Positions 35,490 through 47,344 are shown, counted from the stretch's first letter. The stretch: 64,000 nucleotides of DNA from Hyaloraphidium curvatum SAG 235-1 (GCA_025558095.1 JAIVFI010000003.1:1090632-1154631), one strand, 5' to 3'. The notes: generated by a model not told the origin, from the letters alone. Made by a program: numbers and translations.

Positions 35490-35935
35490 AAAGCAGGCCA
35501 GGGCGGCTTGACAGGCGCCTGTCGACACGCTCATTCTCGCAGGATAGAGAGGCATGGAAAGGTGCTGTTCCTCGCGAGGAAGCTTACAGGCACTTTCCAG
35601 GACGAGGCCGGACAGAATGCACGCTGCATCCGGAAAGAAGAAGCAGCGTGGACTCATGCTGTTCTTCGAAACGAAGGTGGAGCGCTCGAGCGCTTGGGCG
35701 AAGCTGGCCAGGGCGGCTTGACAGGGCCGGAATGCAAGCTCCATTCGGAATGAAAAGGAAGCGTGGAATCATGCTGTTCCGCGCGACGAAGCTTCCCGGC
35801 GTCTGTCAAGGGCGTGCGTCCCCGGCGGAGCGTTCTAGAGCTCGGGCGAAGCTACCCAGGGCGGCTTGACAGGCGCCGGAATGCAAGCTCCATTCCGAAT
35901 GAAAAAGAAGCGGGGCAACATGATGTTCCGCGCAG
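35490..35935. repeat. Degenerate tandem repeat (3-4 units of about 100-200 bp)
   Basis: CAGGGCGGCTTGACAGG recurs at about 35499, 35709 and 35857. GAATGCA(A/C)GCT recurs at about 35615, 35730 and 35879. Confidence 0.7.
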
Positions 35936-36186
35936 GTACCCGAGCGATGTGGCACTTATGGGGCGGTCCTTCAGGTGACAAGCAGGATGATTGGAGGTCG
36001 GCCTCCGCAGACGGGGCGACTCGTGGCGGGAATTATCGGTTTGCTCCGATGGCTGTTCTTAGAAAGTGCAGGCGAATACGGAGATGATTGCTTCAGCATC
36101 TGGTCCTTCCCTCAGGAGGAATGGGAGGCGCTGCGTCAGGCCAACCACGCACCTCGAACCCCGCGCCGCCATCCGCCCCGCGCGCC

Positions 36187-36480
36187 ATGTCCGCCAACGG
36201 CGCGCCCGCCGACGCGCTCCCCGACTCGGCGCTCGACATCCCGCCGTTCCCCACCGGCGCCTCGCCCGACGCCGCGGACCCCGCGGCCGAACCCCCGCTC
36301 GACCGCGAAGGGGAGGACGCCGCGGGTTCCGAGGACTCGCTGGAGGTGCTCGCCGAGATGGACGCGCGGTCTGCAAATACCGAGAAGGGGGAGAGGGGGC
36401 GGGGCGCGCAGCTGATGGACGATATACGGCGGGCGGACGAGCGGGCGGCGGCGGAGGGGCGGGAGGGGCCGGGGAGCTGA
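36187..36480 (+). CDS. Small acidic hypothetical protein
   Basis: MSANGAPADALPDSALDIPPF...EGPGS*, good start context (gccATG), codon usage like neighbouring genes. Confidence 0.5.
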   Translation: MSANGAPADALPDSALDIPPFPTGASPDAADPAAEPPLDREGEDAAGSEDSLEVLAEMDARSANTEKGERGRGAQLMDDIRRADERAAAEGREGPGS

Positions 36481-36959
36481 GCCGCGGCCCGCACCCTTCG
36501 GCGATCGGAAGGATTCATTGGACGCGTCTTGGGGTTGTTGGGCGGGTGGGGGGACATGGACGCGGGAGGGAGCACAACGGGCGAGGTGGAACAAGTGGGA
36601 CGCGCTTCCCGGGCGGAGGGACCACTCTAATCCCGCGAGAGAGGACTGCTTCGTTCTTTATTCAAGTTTATTTCATTGTTGGACGCGTGCGACGGTGTCT
36701 GGCGTCCCGAGGAGGCCCGAGTTCGTTGCCCGCCGCATCCCCGTGGACCGCGGCGCAACGCAGACCCCTTCCCGGCCCAGTTGGATGTGCATCTAGCCTT
36801 GAAGTCGGATCGCTTCCCCTCCCGTCCCCGTGCTCACTCCCGTTCATGTGGACTCCGCCCGATGAGGGTGGCGAGCCTTGGGCTTGAGAGTCCGCTGCTG
36901 TGCTCCAACCCGTCTCTCTCCACGCCAAATGCAATCGCTTTGTTCGGACCCCGCGGATT

Positions 36960-37135
36960 GCAGCCATATGAAGTGTTTAGCTGACGACCGGTTCTTCGAG
37001 GATCCGCGGGCGGTGCGGGTGCATGGCGGCGGGTGGACGCCGTGCTGGAGGGGCGGCTGCGCGTGCTGAACGTCGCCCTGGGCACGCACGGCCGCAGAAA
37101 CGGCACGCTGCAGTTCTGGATCAACAGGAAAAACA
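36960..37135 (+). pseudogene. Possible FkbM-family methyltransferase remnant
   Basis: DAVLEGRLRVLNVALG...GTLQFWIN resembles FkbM-type segments. In-frame stop upstream and no complete gene. Confidence 0.3.
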
Positions 37136-37341
37136 CATGTCGTTCACGAGCCGGCTCTGTGGCTCGCCGAGCAACTCAGCGCGTAAGAATTACGCTTACC
37201 AAGGCCACTAGGCTACCTCGGAAGCATAGTTCGCCCCCGGGCGAATTCGGGAGGCGCCTGTGATATATTATATATTTGGGTTGCTTCGTCATGATTGCCA
37301 TGTGCGAGACCGATTGGCGCCCTCCGGAAAAGCAGCGCAGT

Positions 37342-39551
37342 TCAGTAACGACCGACCCCGCCCGCCTTTTTCCCCACCCTTGGTCCACTCCTCCTTCCCG
37401 CCTCGGCCTGGAGTATTGCATGCATCGCCCTCGCGTCCGCGCCACCCCAAACCGCGTATCCGTTCCGAACCAGATAGGCCCGCCCTTTGTCCGTCAGCAT
37501 CTGCAGCTGCTCCCCCTGTAGCCGCGTGGCCAGATCGAATATCACCAGCGTGAGCCCCGCTTCAGGGACGGGCGGGCGCATGTCCACGAAAGGTAGCTCG
37601 CGGAGGGCTGTCGGCAGGGATTCCTTGGTGAGTTGTGCGTGGTCCAGCGCCGCACATGACAGGGCGAAGGCGGCGTCCCGAAAAACAAAGTCCCCGGACG
37701 ACGCCCACTCCCTGGCGAATGATGCGATGGCAGTGCTCCAGGTTGCGGATATCCCGATCAAATGCGGCGGAACGCTCTTCAGGAAGTCGATCATCTGGCT
37801 CGTGCCCCCAAGATCGGCGAGCGCCTTTGCCATCAACGACACGGTCACCTCGTTTGGTGGCACGGTCATCGACCCGTAAACCCGCATGAGCCCTTGCAGA
37901 TCCTGTTGCTGTGCAAAACAGCGCAGCGCTTTCGTCCAGTGGTGCACGTCCACGTCGATGCCTACCGAGGCAAGCACCTTCATGGCGTGCCCCACGTCCT
38001 CGACCGTCGCGTTCGGCCCGAGGATGCCCTCCAGCACCGCCATCCCGGTCACCGCGTTGGGCTTGTAGCCTGCGGCGACCATCTCCTTCAGGGTCTCCTT
38101 TCCCAGCTCGAGCCCCCCCGTGCGCCCGTAGAAAAGGATCATGGTAGTGAACAACTCCAGATTCGGCTTCACGCCCAGCTGCCGCATGCGCTTGAGGATC
38201 GCCTCGCCCGAAACAGCGTCCCGGCGATCGCAGGCGTCGGTAAGCAAGACGTTGAATGTGTCGGGACGGGGCGGAATCGGAAACGGCGCGGTTGAGAAGA
38301 GTTCCGAGGTGGCCAGGGCGCACCTGGGGTGCTTCCAAGCGCAGAAGGCTTCGACAGCCCCAGTGACGACGTGGCCGTCCAGCACGTCCTCCCGACCCTG
38401 CCGAAAGCCAGCGGCAGCGAGCGACAGAAGCTGCACAATCTTCCGCACCGGTGTCGTGGATCCAGCTGGCATCGCCGGGCGGCAGAGTTCGCGAATGTCC
38501 GGCGCCGGGCCACTCATGATTGCTTCCCGAAGAGCCGAAGCCGGGTCTGGAGCCGATTCCGAAGCATCCAGATCGCGAGGATCAAGGATCGCAGTCCGGA
38601 CGACGCGCTGGTCCTTCGTCACAGCCCAGAGCGGGATCGCGAGGTCGGCCACGCTGCCCTGTCGGCGCGGATACTCCGCCAGATCCTCCGACGTCAGGGG
38701 CGAAGCTTTAGCGACGGCAGCCAGATAGAGGTTGAGGATGTACGAGTGCACAACTAGGTCGGGATTGGCCGTCAGCTCTTCGTGGAGGAGCTTGAGGAAA
38801 GCCGTGTAGTTGCCGCGGTGCGCCACGTTGCGCAGCAACGCGCTCAACAGGTGCTTGTTCAGCGCGACGCGGCACCTCAACCGCAGAAAGTCGACCACCT
38901 TCCGGCATTCCGCGTACGACCTGCGGACACGGAACGTCAGAGGTCCTCGCTCCGAGGTGCGCGGGCGCTCGCGACTCACCCCAGGTGGCGATCCTTCAGC
39001 TGGACGAATCTGGTCACGGCGGGCGGCGAAATGTCGATGCCAGCTTCGGTAGCATCCGCGAAAAGCTGAACCATCCGCTCCGCCGCCTGGTCCAGCGAGG
39101 CCCAGGCGCGTTCCCGGTGCCCTGTCCTGCCCTTGCCCCGCAACCCGGCCTGCTGCTCAACCGCATGGGATGCCAAATGATGTGCCACACCCGCAACGAG
39201 GTAGCTGTCGAGTCCGCGGGCGGTTCCGAGCGCGGTATAGGCCTCCCAGACCCTGTCCGCGGCCTGGTGCGGAGGGATCCGCCCGTTCTTCGCGATCTGC
39301 AGGACCTCTCTCAACCGTCCTAGGGGATCGCTCCCTCGAGAAACACCGGAAGAGAAGCACCGCGTCGAGAGGAGGGCCGGGGACGAGGCCAGGGGCGGCA
39401 CGCGAGGGCGGACGCGTTCCGCCTTCCGTGACCAGGCGGCGCGTGCAGACGGCGCCCAGGCAGGAAGTCCGGGCTCGGTCGCCAGAGCCACATGCCCTCG
39501 AACCGTCAAGGGATAGTTCAAGAGGCGGAATAGACGCCGGTGGCCTTGCAT
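37342..39551 (-). CDS. PPR family copy E (intact, about 716 aa)
   Basis: MQGHRRLFRLL...TRCFSS presequence, intron 38921-38979, complete PPR array. The extreme C-terminus differs from the other copies. Confidence 0.88.
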
Positions 39552-40112
39552 CGCCGGGCAGTTCGTGTGGAGGGCTTGTTTACGTGGCGTCGGCGGGACA
39601 CAAGGAAAACGGAGGAACGCAAGTGGCGGAAGGCCAGGATCTGCATACGTCGAGCAAACGATTCTACTCTTCATCAACTATAACACACGGCCCGACATGC
39701 GAGAATGCGAGGCCGACAAGCAGCCCCCGTGCCCCCGAAGACGGCAGCCGCCATGCCCCGCCCTGCTCAGATCAATTCGCCGAGCATCGTGTTTGGAGCG
39801 CGGCCACGGCAGGAACTCCGATGAGCTTGCACGGCCTTGTGCCCCTGCGTCGGAGGAAACGCGTCAGCCCCCGCTCGCTCCCGCCCCGAAACAACGCCGC
39901 CGTGTCGTATCGGCTCAGAAACCGTGGTAATTATGTTTGTTCTCATCGGCCGGCCTTGCCGGGCTCGATATTTGATAGTATAGAGCATCACCGCCGCGAC
40001 CGTCCCGCCTGTGCGGGAACGTGGGGACTCACCGTTGATCTTGAGCCAAGGCCGTCCCAATGTCCACGACGCCGTGAATCGATGGTGTCCGATGGATGTC
40101 CGGGAAGGCCGC

Positions 40113-41084
40113 TCAGTCCGGCCCCGTCTCGCCGCGCCGGATCTCCCATATCTCGATCCCCGGCCTCTCCCACTCCCCGCCCGCTTCCATCCCCTCCCAT
40201 CGCACCAACTCCCTCGTCAACCCCCTCTCCTCCAAGCCCCGAAGAAAAAGGTCCGTCGTCCGCGCGCTGCGCTCCTGGTATCCCATCAGCATCCTCCCCT
40301 CCCGCCCGAGCAACCGGTCGACCACGTCCAGCAGCGGGGCGACGAGGTGCGGCAGCCAGACGACATCCGCGGCGAGCAGCACATCCGGCATGCGGTCCGG
40401 AAGGAGGAGGGGGTGCGTGGTGGGGAAGGAGGTCCAGTCCAGCGGTTCCAGGGCGACGCGGGGGGAGGAGGGGGGAATGGAGTTGAGCGCGAGGATGGGG
40501 GGGAGGAGAGAGACGAGGGGGGGGAGGTCGGTGAGAGTGACGTGGGCGGTGGGCAGGTGGAAGGCAGCGATGCCGAGGAGGCCGAGGCCCGAGCCCTGCA
40601 ATGCACACGTGGCAAGCCTGAGTGCGGTTCCAAAGCAACAAAAGGCGCGGCTACTGACCAGCTCGACGACGCGCTTCCCCTCGACGCTGAACCGCGCCCG
40701 GTAGGCCGGATCCGGGTGGTGCGTGGCGTGCTCGAGGAACTTTGCCAGCACCACGGCGCAATCCCACAGCGACGTCCCCGTGCGTGCCGCGTGGTCCTCT
40801 GGGGCCAGTCCCGCGTTGTCGGGGGAAACGTGTTCGGCGAGATCGGGGTCGGGAAACAGGAAGATCGGGCGGCCGGCGATGGTGAACCTGTACTTTGTTG
40901 AAGCTCCGGCGTGGAAGTCGAGGCGGTGGAAGTACGAGGCCGGCGGGAGCAGCAGAGGTGCCTTGGCGGATTGCACTGCATTTTCAGAGCCAGCGCGAGC
41001 CCCAGGATGCCCGGCCTGGGCCATCGCCAGCACGCAAAAGACGGCGACCAGAAGGAGAGAAAACAAAGGGCTGCGCCGCGTCAT
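40113..41084 (-). CDS. Protein-lysine methyltransferase (METTL21/Efm-like)
   Basis: TGTSLWDCAVVLAKFL, KRVVEL|GSGLGLLGI (split by an intron), VTLTDL, LDW and DVLLAADVVW. The start could instead be 41024. Confidence 0.9.
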   Translation of the reverse strand: MTRRSPLFSLLLVAVFCVLAMAQAGHPGARAGSENAVQSAKAPLLLPPASYFHRLDFHAGASTKYRFTIAGRPIFLFPDPDLAEHVSPDNAGLAPEDHAARTGTSLWDCAVVLAKFLEHATHHPDPAYRARFSVEGKRVVELVSSRAFCCFGTALRLATCALQGSGLGLLGIAAFHLPTAHVTLTDLPPLVSLLPPILALNSIPPSSPRVALEPLDWTSFPTTHPLLLPDRMPDVLLAADVVWLPHLVAPLLDVVDRLLGREGRMLMGYQERSARTTDLFLRGLEERGLTRELVRWEGMEAGGEWERPGIEIWEIRRGETGPD

Positions 41085-41415
41085 CCGGGCCCGCGCCGGC
41101 GGCCCGACGCGTCACCGCGGCCGATGCATCGTCGGCGACCGCGGACGCGTGCCGGCGGGCTCCGCACGGTCCGCCGAGCGCGGTGATGGGCGCCCGCGGC
41201 CGAAGGCTACAGCGGCAACGAAAGGGTTTGGTCGCCGCCGCCGTTCGAACTGGATCCGTGTTTCCCTATCTGCCTCTAGCCGGCGCTTTAAGCACCCGTG
41301 TGCTGCCGGGGCTGCCACGGCCGACGCGTCTTCCGCTCCCCGAGCGCCGTCTGAAATGCTGCACGCGGCGCGGACGCGTCGGACGTCCCGCAGCCCCGTG
41401 TCTTCTTCCAGCCAG

Positions 41416-43719
41416 ATGGACTCGGGGGCGCAGGCCGCGGCGGAGCGGTACGACCCGCGAGCGGTGACGTTCGCCGACGACAGCGAGCTGGATGAACCCG
41501 AGCACGACAACCGACCTGCGGAAGGCACCCCGGGCCCCGAAATCTCCTTGACGGCATCGAATGGAGCCCTGTCTGCCGAGTCAGCTGCAGCCGCTGTGCC
41601 ACCCACCGACACAATCATCGACGTCGCGGCACCCCAATCGCCCCCGGCGCGGAGCCAATCCGAGCCCGTCGTCGAACACTCACCCCCCGCCCCCCGGCGC
41701 ACAAACACCCAGCACCTCGACGCCCTCTCCAAGACGATCCTGCTGGCGCCTGAGGACGCGGCCAAGCTCCGGGAGGCGCAGGAAGCCCGGCGCCAGCAGC
41801 TGTCGCGGTGGACCTCGCTGAGGACAAAGGTCAACGCCATCAGCACGCTCGTCCACCCGCCGGGGTCCGGTGGGGACGACCTTGGCTCGCTCCACGACTG
41901 GGATACAGAGCGTGACTTCGACACGGACGTCTCGGACGGCATCCCGTTCGACGTCGTCGAGCCCGTCCACGCCGTAGGCGCGGAGCCCGGTATCCTCCCC
42001 ACCCGGCGGCGCTCCTCCGCCGAAATCAAGCCCCCGCCCATCGTCGCCCAACCCCCCTCCGTCACCCTCCCCCCCACGCGCCGCTCCTCCTCCTCCTCCC
42101 GGCCCCCCGGCCCGCGCGGCCTCTCCGCCTTCGGCCTCAGCGCGCAACTCCGCTCGCAGCTCTCCCCCACCTCCGAGGTCCGCATCATCGACTACTCCCC
42201 GTCGCGTATCCGCTCGCTCCCCGTGTGCGACGGCGCCGCGGCGTTCGGGGAGGCGCTGGACCTCCATCCGAAGCCGGCGTGGGCGGCGGCGAGGTTTATT
42301 GCGGTGGACGGGATTTCGGCGGACGCGGTGCATGCGGTCGCGGAGAGGCTGCAGCTGCATCCGCTGGCGGTCGAGGACATTTTTCACCTGCCGCAGAGGG
42401 TCAAGGTCGATTACTGTGGGTTCCGCTGCGGTTGGTTGCTGGCCTCCGAGCAGGAAGCCCACGCCCGCTCCCCACCCTCCTGCAGACGAAAACTTCACGT
42501 TCGTGAGCGTGCACCTCATCGGCTTTGCCGACCAGATCTTTGGCGACTCCCCCGACGCCCCTCCCGCCCCACCAGCTCCCACCCCGTTCAAGCTCTACGA
42601 CCCCCGCACGTGGCACTCCCCCCCTCCCCTTTCCGACCTTTCCGACACCGCCTCCACCCAGATCTTCCTCATCCTCACCCCCCCGCCCTCCGACACCCTC
42701 GTCATGTTCTGCCAGCATTCCTCCCGCCCCCTCGCCGCCCCCATCGTCAGCCGGCTGCGCAACCCGTCCACCCTCCTCCGCACCTCGGGCGACCCGAGCT
42801 TCCTCCTGTACGCCCTCCTGGACTGCATCGTCGACCACGCCGTCGTCCTGGTGCGGAGCTACCAAGCCCGCATGGCGGAGCTCGAGGCCGCCGTGTTCCG
42901 GCGCGCGCTGAGCTTGTACACCAAGGACCTGCAGTTCCTGCGGGGGGAGATCCAGGGGATCCGGATCGCGGCGAGCCCGCTGAGGGGGGTGGTGGCGCAG
43001 CTGCGGACCGTCAGGAAGGGAGGGGGGAGGCGGAGGGGGAGGAAGGAGGCGAGGGAGGAGGATGCGGACGCGGCGGCGGGAGGGGTGGAAGAGCTCTACA
43101 GCCCCGCCGACGACCGCCCCGGGGTGGAAAAGGCGCCCACGGGCACGGGGCTCGGGTTCGCGTACGCGCTGACGGCAGGCGCGTTCGGGACCGAGGACGT
43201 GGCGAGCGGGGCCGGGGCGGCGCAGATGCTGGGGCCGGATCTGGTGAGCCCGCTGAGCAAGCTGTTTCTGGGGGACGTGCTGGATCACCTGAGCACGGTG
43301 CTGGACGTGGTGGACCTGCTCGAGAGGAGCGCGGGGGATCTGATCGACCTCATCTTCAACACCGTGGGTTCCTCCCGGCCACCGCCTCTCCATTCGCCCA
43401 CCGTTGCGCCCGCCCGCAGATTGCGACCAACACCAACGACAACATGCGCATTCTCGCCATCGTCTCGGTCGTCTTTGTCCCCTGCACCTTCCTCACGGGC
43501 TTCTTTGGCCAGAACCTCGTGTACTTCCCCGAGCTCGAGATCCCCGGCGGCTCGCAGACCATCTGGCTCGTGTGCGCGGGGATCATGCTGTTCACGCTGG
43601 TGCTGCTGGGGGTGATGGGGATGCTGGACTGCGAGTGCTGCTATGCCAAGTCGGTGCAGCTGAGGAGGAGGAGGCTGAAGAGGGGGCCGGAGAAGGTGCA
43701 GCCGCCGCCATACTATTGA
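41416..43719 (+). CDS. CorA-family divalent cation transporter (GQN variant), spliced
   Basis: LHPLAVEDI...QRVKVDY, SFLLYALLDCIVD, LFLGDVLDHL, NDNMRILAIVSVVFVPCTFLTGFFGQN and a second TM helix. Confidence 0.92.
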   Translation: MDSGAQAAAERYDPRAVTFADDSELDEPEHDNRPAEGTPGPEISLTASNGALSAESAAAAVPPTDTIIDVAAPQSPPARSQSEPVVEHSPPAPRRTNTQHLDALSKTILLAPEDAAKLREAQEARRQQLSRWTSLRTKVNAISTLVHPPGSGGDDLGSLHDWDTERDFDTDVSDGIPFDVVEPVHAVGAEPGILPTRRRSSAEIKPPPIVAQPPSVTLPPTRRSSSSSRPPGPRGLSAFGLSAQLRSQLSPTSEVRIIDYSPSRIRSLPVCDGAAAFGEALDLHPKPAWAAARFIAVDGISADAVHAVAERLQLHPLAVEDIFHLPQRVKVDYCGFRCGWLLASEQEAHARSPPSCRRKLHVRERAPHRLCRPDLWRLPRRPSRPTSSHPVQALRPPHVALPPSPFRPFRHRLHPDLPHPHPPALRHPRHVLPAFLPPPRRPHRQPAAQPVHPPPHLGRPELPPVRPPGLHRRPRRRPGAELPSPHGGARGRRVPARAELVHQGPAVPAGGDPGDPDRGEPAEGGGGAAADRQEGRGEAEGEEGGEGGGCGRGGGRGGRALQPRRRPPRGGKGAHGHGARVRVRADGRRVRDRGRGERGRGGADAGAGSGEPAEQAVSGGRAGSPEHGAGRGGPAREERGGSDRPHLQHRGFLPATASPFAHRCARPQIATNTNDNMRILAIVSVVFVPCTFLTGFFGQNLVYFPELEIPGGSQTIWLVCAGIMLFTLVLLGVMGMLDCECCYAKSVQLRRRRLKRGPEKVQPPPYY

Positions 43720-43858
43720 ACGTCGAATGTGTTATGGCGTTCGTCAATTCTATTCGCTGCTCATTGGCTTGGCGTGGTTGGGGCAGCCGAGGTGAATCAC
43801 TTGAATCGGCGGTCGACTCCCGCCGCCACGTGGCTTTCCGCCCCAACCTCCAACCGCC

Positions 43859-44739
43859 ATGAGCGCCTACTCCCCCCTCGGCGCCCCGCGCCACACCCGC
43901 ACCCTCCCCCTCCGCCCCTTCCTCGTCCTCCCCGCGACCGCCCTGCTCGCCCTCGCCTGCGCCGCCGCCCTGTTCTCCGCCCGCCCGCGGGCTCAGCAGC
44001 CCGCTTCGCTCCCCTCCCCCGCGGAACACGGCGCCACCGTCCTCCCGTCGTACATCACCGCGCTGCACTCGCTGCGTTCGCAGCTGGCCGGGGCGATGAA
44101 CGTTTCGGAGGGGGAGCTGGTGTTCGAGGGGCATTCGGGGCAGAGCGTGGAGCAGACGGTGTACTACGCGACGGTGATGGCGAGGGAGGGGTGGATAAGG
44201 AGGATATGCGAGACGGGGTTCAATGCCGGTGGGAATCGTCGGTGCTCACGGTCAGAGCGTCCGCGTTCTGACGTCCGTGCTTTGAATCCATTCCCACAGG
44301 GCACAGCGCCGTCACCTTCCTCTCGTCGAACCCGAACGCCGAGCTGTACTCGTTCGACTACCTCGGCCACGGCTACTCCCTCGCCGCGCGCGAGGCCGTC
44401 TCGGCCCTCTTCCCCGGGCGCCTCCGAGTCATCGGCGGCGACTCGGCCGCCACCGTCCCCGCATTCGCCGCGGAGCACCCCGACCACAGGTGCGACTTCA
44501 TCAGCGTCGACGGCGGGCACTCGTACGAGCTCGCGACCGCGGACCTGCGCAACTTTGCGCGGATGGCGGCCGAGAGGAACCTCGTGGTGATCGACGACGT
44601 CGAATGCGCGGAGCACTACTGCGAGGGCCCCAAGCGCGCGTGGGAGGATGTGAAGAGGGAGGGGCTGGTGAGGGAGATGGCGTGCTACCCGCTGGACTTT
44701 GGCAAGAGGGGGTTCTGCATCGGGAGATACGAGGTGTGA
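43859..44739 (+). CDS. Class I SAM-dependent methyltransferase (Methyltransf_24-like) with N-terminal TM anchor
   Basis: ICETGFNAG|HSAVTFL, LYSFD, IGGDSAATVP, CDFISVDGGHSYE and LVVIDD; one intron. Confidence 0.87.
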
Positions 44740-44952
44740 TCGCGGATCGGCGGGGGCGGGTGGCAACTTGGAGGCGAAAACTGGGCTCTGGCGGATCTTG
44801 GACATTGCTGATGGATCTTGATTCACGATAGATTTGTCTCTCTGCCTTGGCGTCTGGCGATCGGGAGTGTTCAGCAGGAGCAACGGGCGGCACCCGCAGG
44901 GTCTCCCATCGCCACCTTTGAGGGTTCAGATAGAGCCATCCCCGCCGCCGCG

Positions 44953-46320
44953 ATGGCCGACAAGGCGCCCGCCCCGGCTTCCGACGCGCGGCTGTCAGCG
45001 CTCGAGGCGCGCGTCGACGCGCTGCACGCCGAGGGCGACCGCCGCCGCCGCTGGGGAACGCGCATCGCGGCCGTCGGCATTCTCGCGTGGATAATCGCGG
45101 CGGCAATCGCTGGTACTGTTTTCACCCATTGCAATAACTGCGATTCGGTGCTGATTGTGCCGGCAGACTTCGGCGCGCCGTCGGGCTCCGATGTGGCGGC
45201 GGCCGGCAGCAGCGAGGCGGCCGTCGTGTGGTTCCTCCCGGCCATCCTGGCCAAGGGCGGCAAAGGCGGCAAGAAGAAGCCCAAGGAGCCCAAGCAGCCC
45301 CCGCCCGGCGACGGTGGCGGCGGCAAGACGTGCAAGAAGGCGCCCGTCGAGGGCTCCGAGAACGGCGAACCCGACTTCCTGGTGCGTCGTCCTTGCAGCG
45401 CGTGATCGTGCGCATCCGACTCATTTGTGTGCCGTTAGAACACCGTTTCCGGCCTCAAGTACCCCGGCGAGCCCGGCAAGGGCTACCCCGGCTACCCCGG
45501 TGCACCCGGCGGCGGCTACCCGGGCGCTCCGGGCGGCGGCCAGCCCGGCAACCCGGGAGGCGGCTACCCTGGCTACCCTGGCAACCCCGGCGGCGGCTAT
45601 CCCGGTCAGCCCGGCCAGCCCGGTCAGCCCGGCCAGCCTGGCAACCCCTACCCAGGCCAACCTGGTCAGCCCGGGCAACCCGGGCAACCCGGGCAACCCG
45701 GCAACCCGTACCCCGGCCAACCCGGTCAACCCGGCCAGCCCGGCGGCGGGTACCCCGGCCCCCCCACCGACCCCTCGCCCCCTTACACCGTGATCGCCAA
45801 CGGCACCGGCCACGAGATCCGCCTCTACAGGAACCTCACCCTCGCCACAGTCTCGCTCCCCGGCGGCTCGGTCGTCTATCCGCCCGGCGACGCGGTGGGC
45901 AAGCTTACGGCTTACTGGTACGGCGCCAACAACGACACCGAGACGGGCGAGTGCTGGCTGCTCCCCGCCACCTCGCCCTTGTTCTCGTCCAAGAAGAAGG
46001 CCGGCGACGACGCGACGCAGGTCCGCCGCCCGCTCCCGCAGGGCCTGCCCCGCGTCCCCGTGCCCACCGACGCCGAGATATCCGTCGGGACGGTGGCCAA
46101 GTGGAAGGCCGCCGTGGCGCCCATCCCGGGGTACTGGGTGACCCCCGACGCGTTCGAGGAGGCCGAGGCCGAGCTGAGGGGCAGGATCGGGAAGGGGTTC
46201 GAGGCGGTGGGCAGCGCGTGGCTGGCGAGGTACGGGTACGGGACGAGGAGCGAGGTGTTCCTGCCCGTGAAGAAGGTCAAGAAGGGCAGGGGAGGCAAGG
46301 GGGAGGAGGACGACGAGTAA
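44953..46320 (+). CDS. Membrane-anchored protein with G/P/Q/Y repeat linker and C-terminal SOUL heme-binding-like domain
   Basis: TM helix near the N-terminus, PGGGYPG and PGQPGNPY repeats, then [33 protein letters not shown] and ARY...RSEVFLPV, resembling SOUL motifs. Confidence 0.68.
45459..45760 (+). repeat. Coding tandem repeats ([15 protein letters not shown])
   Basis: Repeated cccggc/cccggt-cag/caa and ggcggctac units. Confidence 0.85.
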
Positions 46321-46371
46321 CGGGGGCCCGGGGCCAAGATTTGGATGGGGAATAGACGGACCCTACACCGT

Positions 46372-47344
46372 TCATGCCGCGTCCGCCCAGTTCCGCACGT
46401 CGCGGATGCCGTCGACGCCGATGCCGCAGCAGCCGCCAATGGCCCGCGCACCCTTGCGCTTCCACTCCTCCAGCAGCGTCCGGCTGAAGCCCTCGACGCC
46501 GGCGCCGTGCCATTCGTAGGTCGTGCCGTCCCACACCCGTCCCCTGGGCGAAGCGGGTGCATGAGCGGGATGCGCCGGGAGCGGCAACGGCGGCGTCGAC
46601 CCACCAGTTGGCGTAGACGACCAGCGGCAGGTCCGTCGCCGACCTCGCCTCGTCCAGCAGCGACGACACGTGCTGCGGCGGCGTGCAGTTGATCCCCACC
46701 GCCACCAGGCACTTCGGCTTGCGCGCCGTGACCGCCCTAATGGCGTCGGCGAGCGGCGTCCCGTCCGAGATGTGCTTCCCGTCCTTGCAGGCAAAGGTGA
46801 CCCATGCCGGCACCTCCACGCCTTCGAGGATCTCGCCGAGGACGGCGGCCTCGCGCCCGTTGGGTATCGTCTCTATCGCGAGCAGGTCCGGCTTCGCCTC
46901 GCAGAGCGTGGCGATCCGCGCCGCCTGCTCCTTGCGTATCTCGCCGTCCGCGGTCGACTTGTAGTCCCCGGTGTACTCGGACCCGTCGGCCAGCACCACG
47001 GCGTACGGCCCGACCGAGGCGGCGACAAAGGTCTCCCTGTCCTTCGGCTGGGCCTCCCTCGCCAGCTCCACGCTCAGCTTCAGCAGCCTGGCCGTCTCCT
47101 CCCGCGAGAACCCCTTGCTGGCGAACCCGGCATAGCTCGCGTGGTACGACGCGGTGATCGCCACGTCGGCGCCGGCGGCGAAGAACTCCGCGTGCGCGCG
47201 GACGACGGCCGGCGGGTCGTCGCGCAGGAGCCGCGCGGACCACAGCGCGTCGCGGAGGTCGTGGCCGTGCGACTCGAGGAGCGTGGCAAAGCCGCCGTCC
47301 AGGACAACTTCGCGCGAGGCGAGGAAGGCCGGGAAGTCCGGCAT
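46372..47344 (-). CDS. mmuM: Homocysteine S-methyltransferase (MmuM/SAM4-like)
   Basis: VLDGGFATLLE, LWSARLL, AGADVAITASY, ASVGPYAVVLADGSEYTGDY, AIETIP, and Zn-ligand motifs GINC and IGGCCG. Confidence 0.93.

Noticed and set aside
35490-35935. CRISPR-like array
   Set aside because: Eukaryotic context, degenerate repeats, irregular and mutually similar spacers, and no cas genes.
46372-47344. HMT as a selenocysteine methyltransferase clustered with the selenoprotein
   Set aside because: It keeps the standard GGCC motif, lies 14 kb away and is separated by unrelated genes. No evidence for a selenium cluster.
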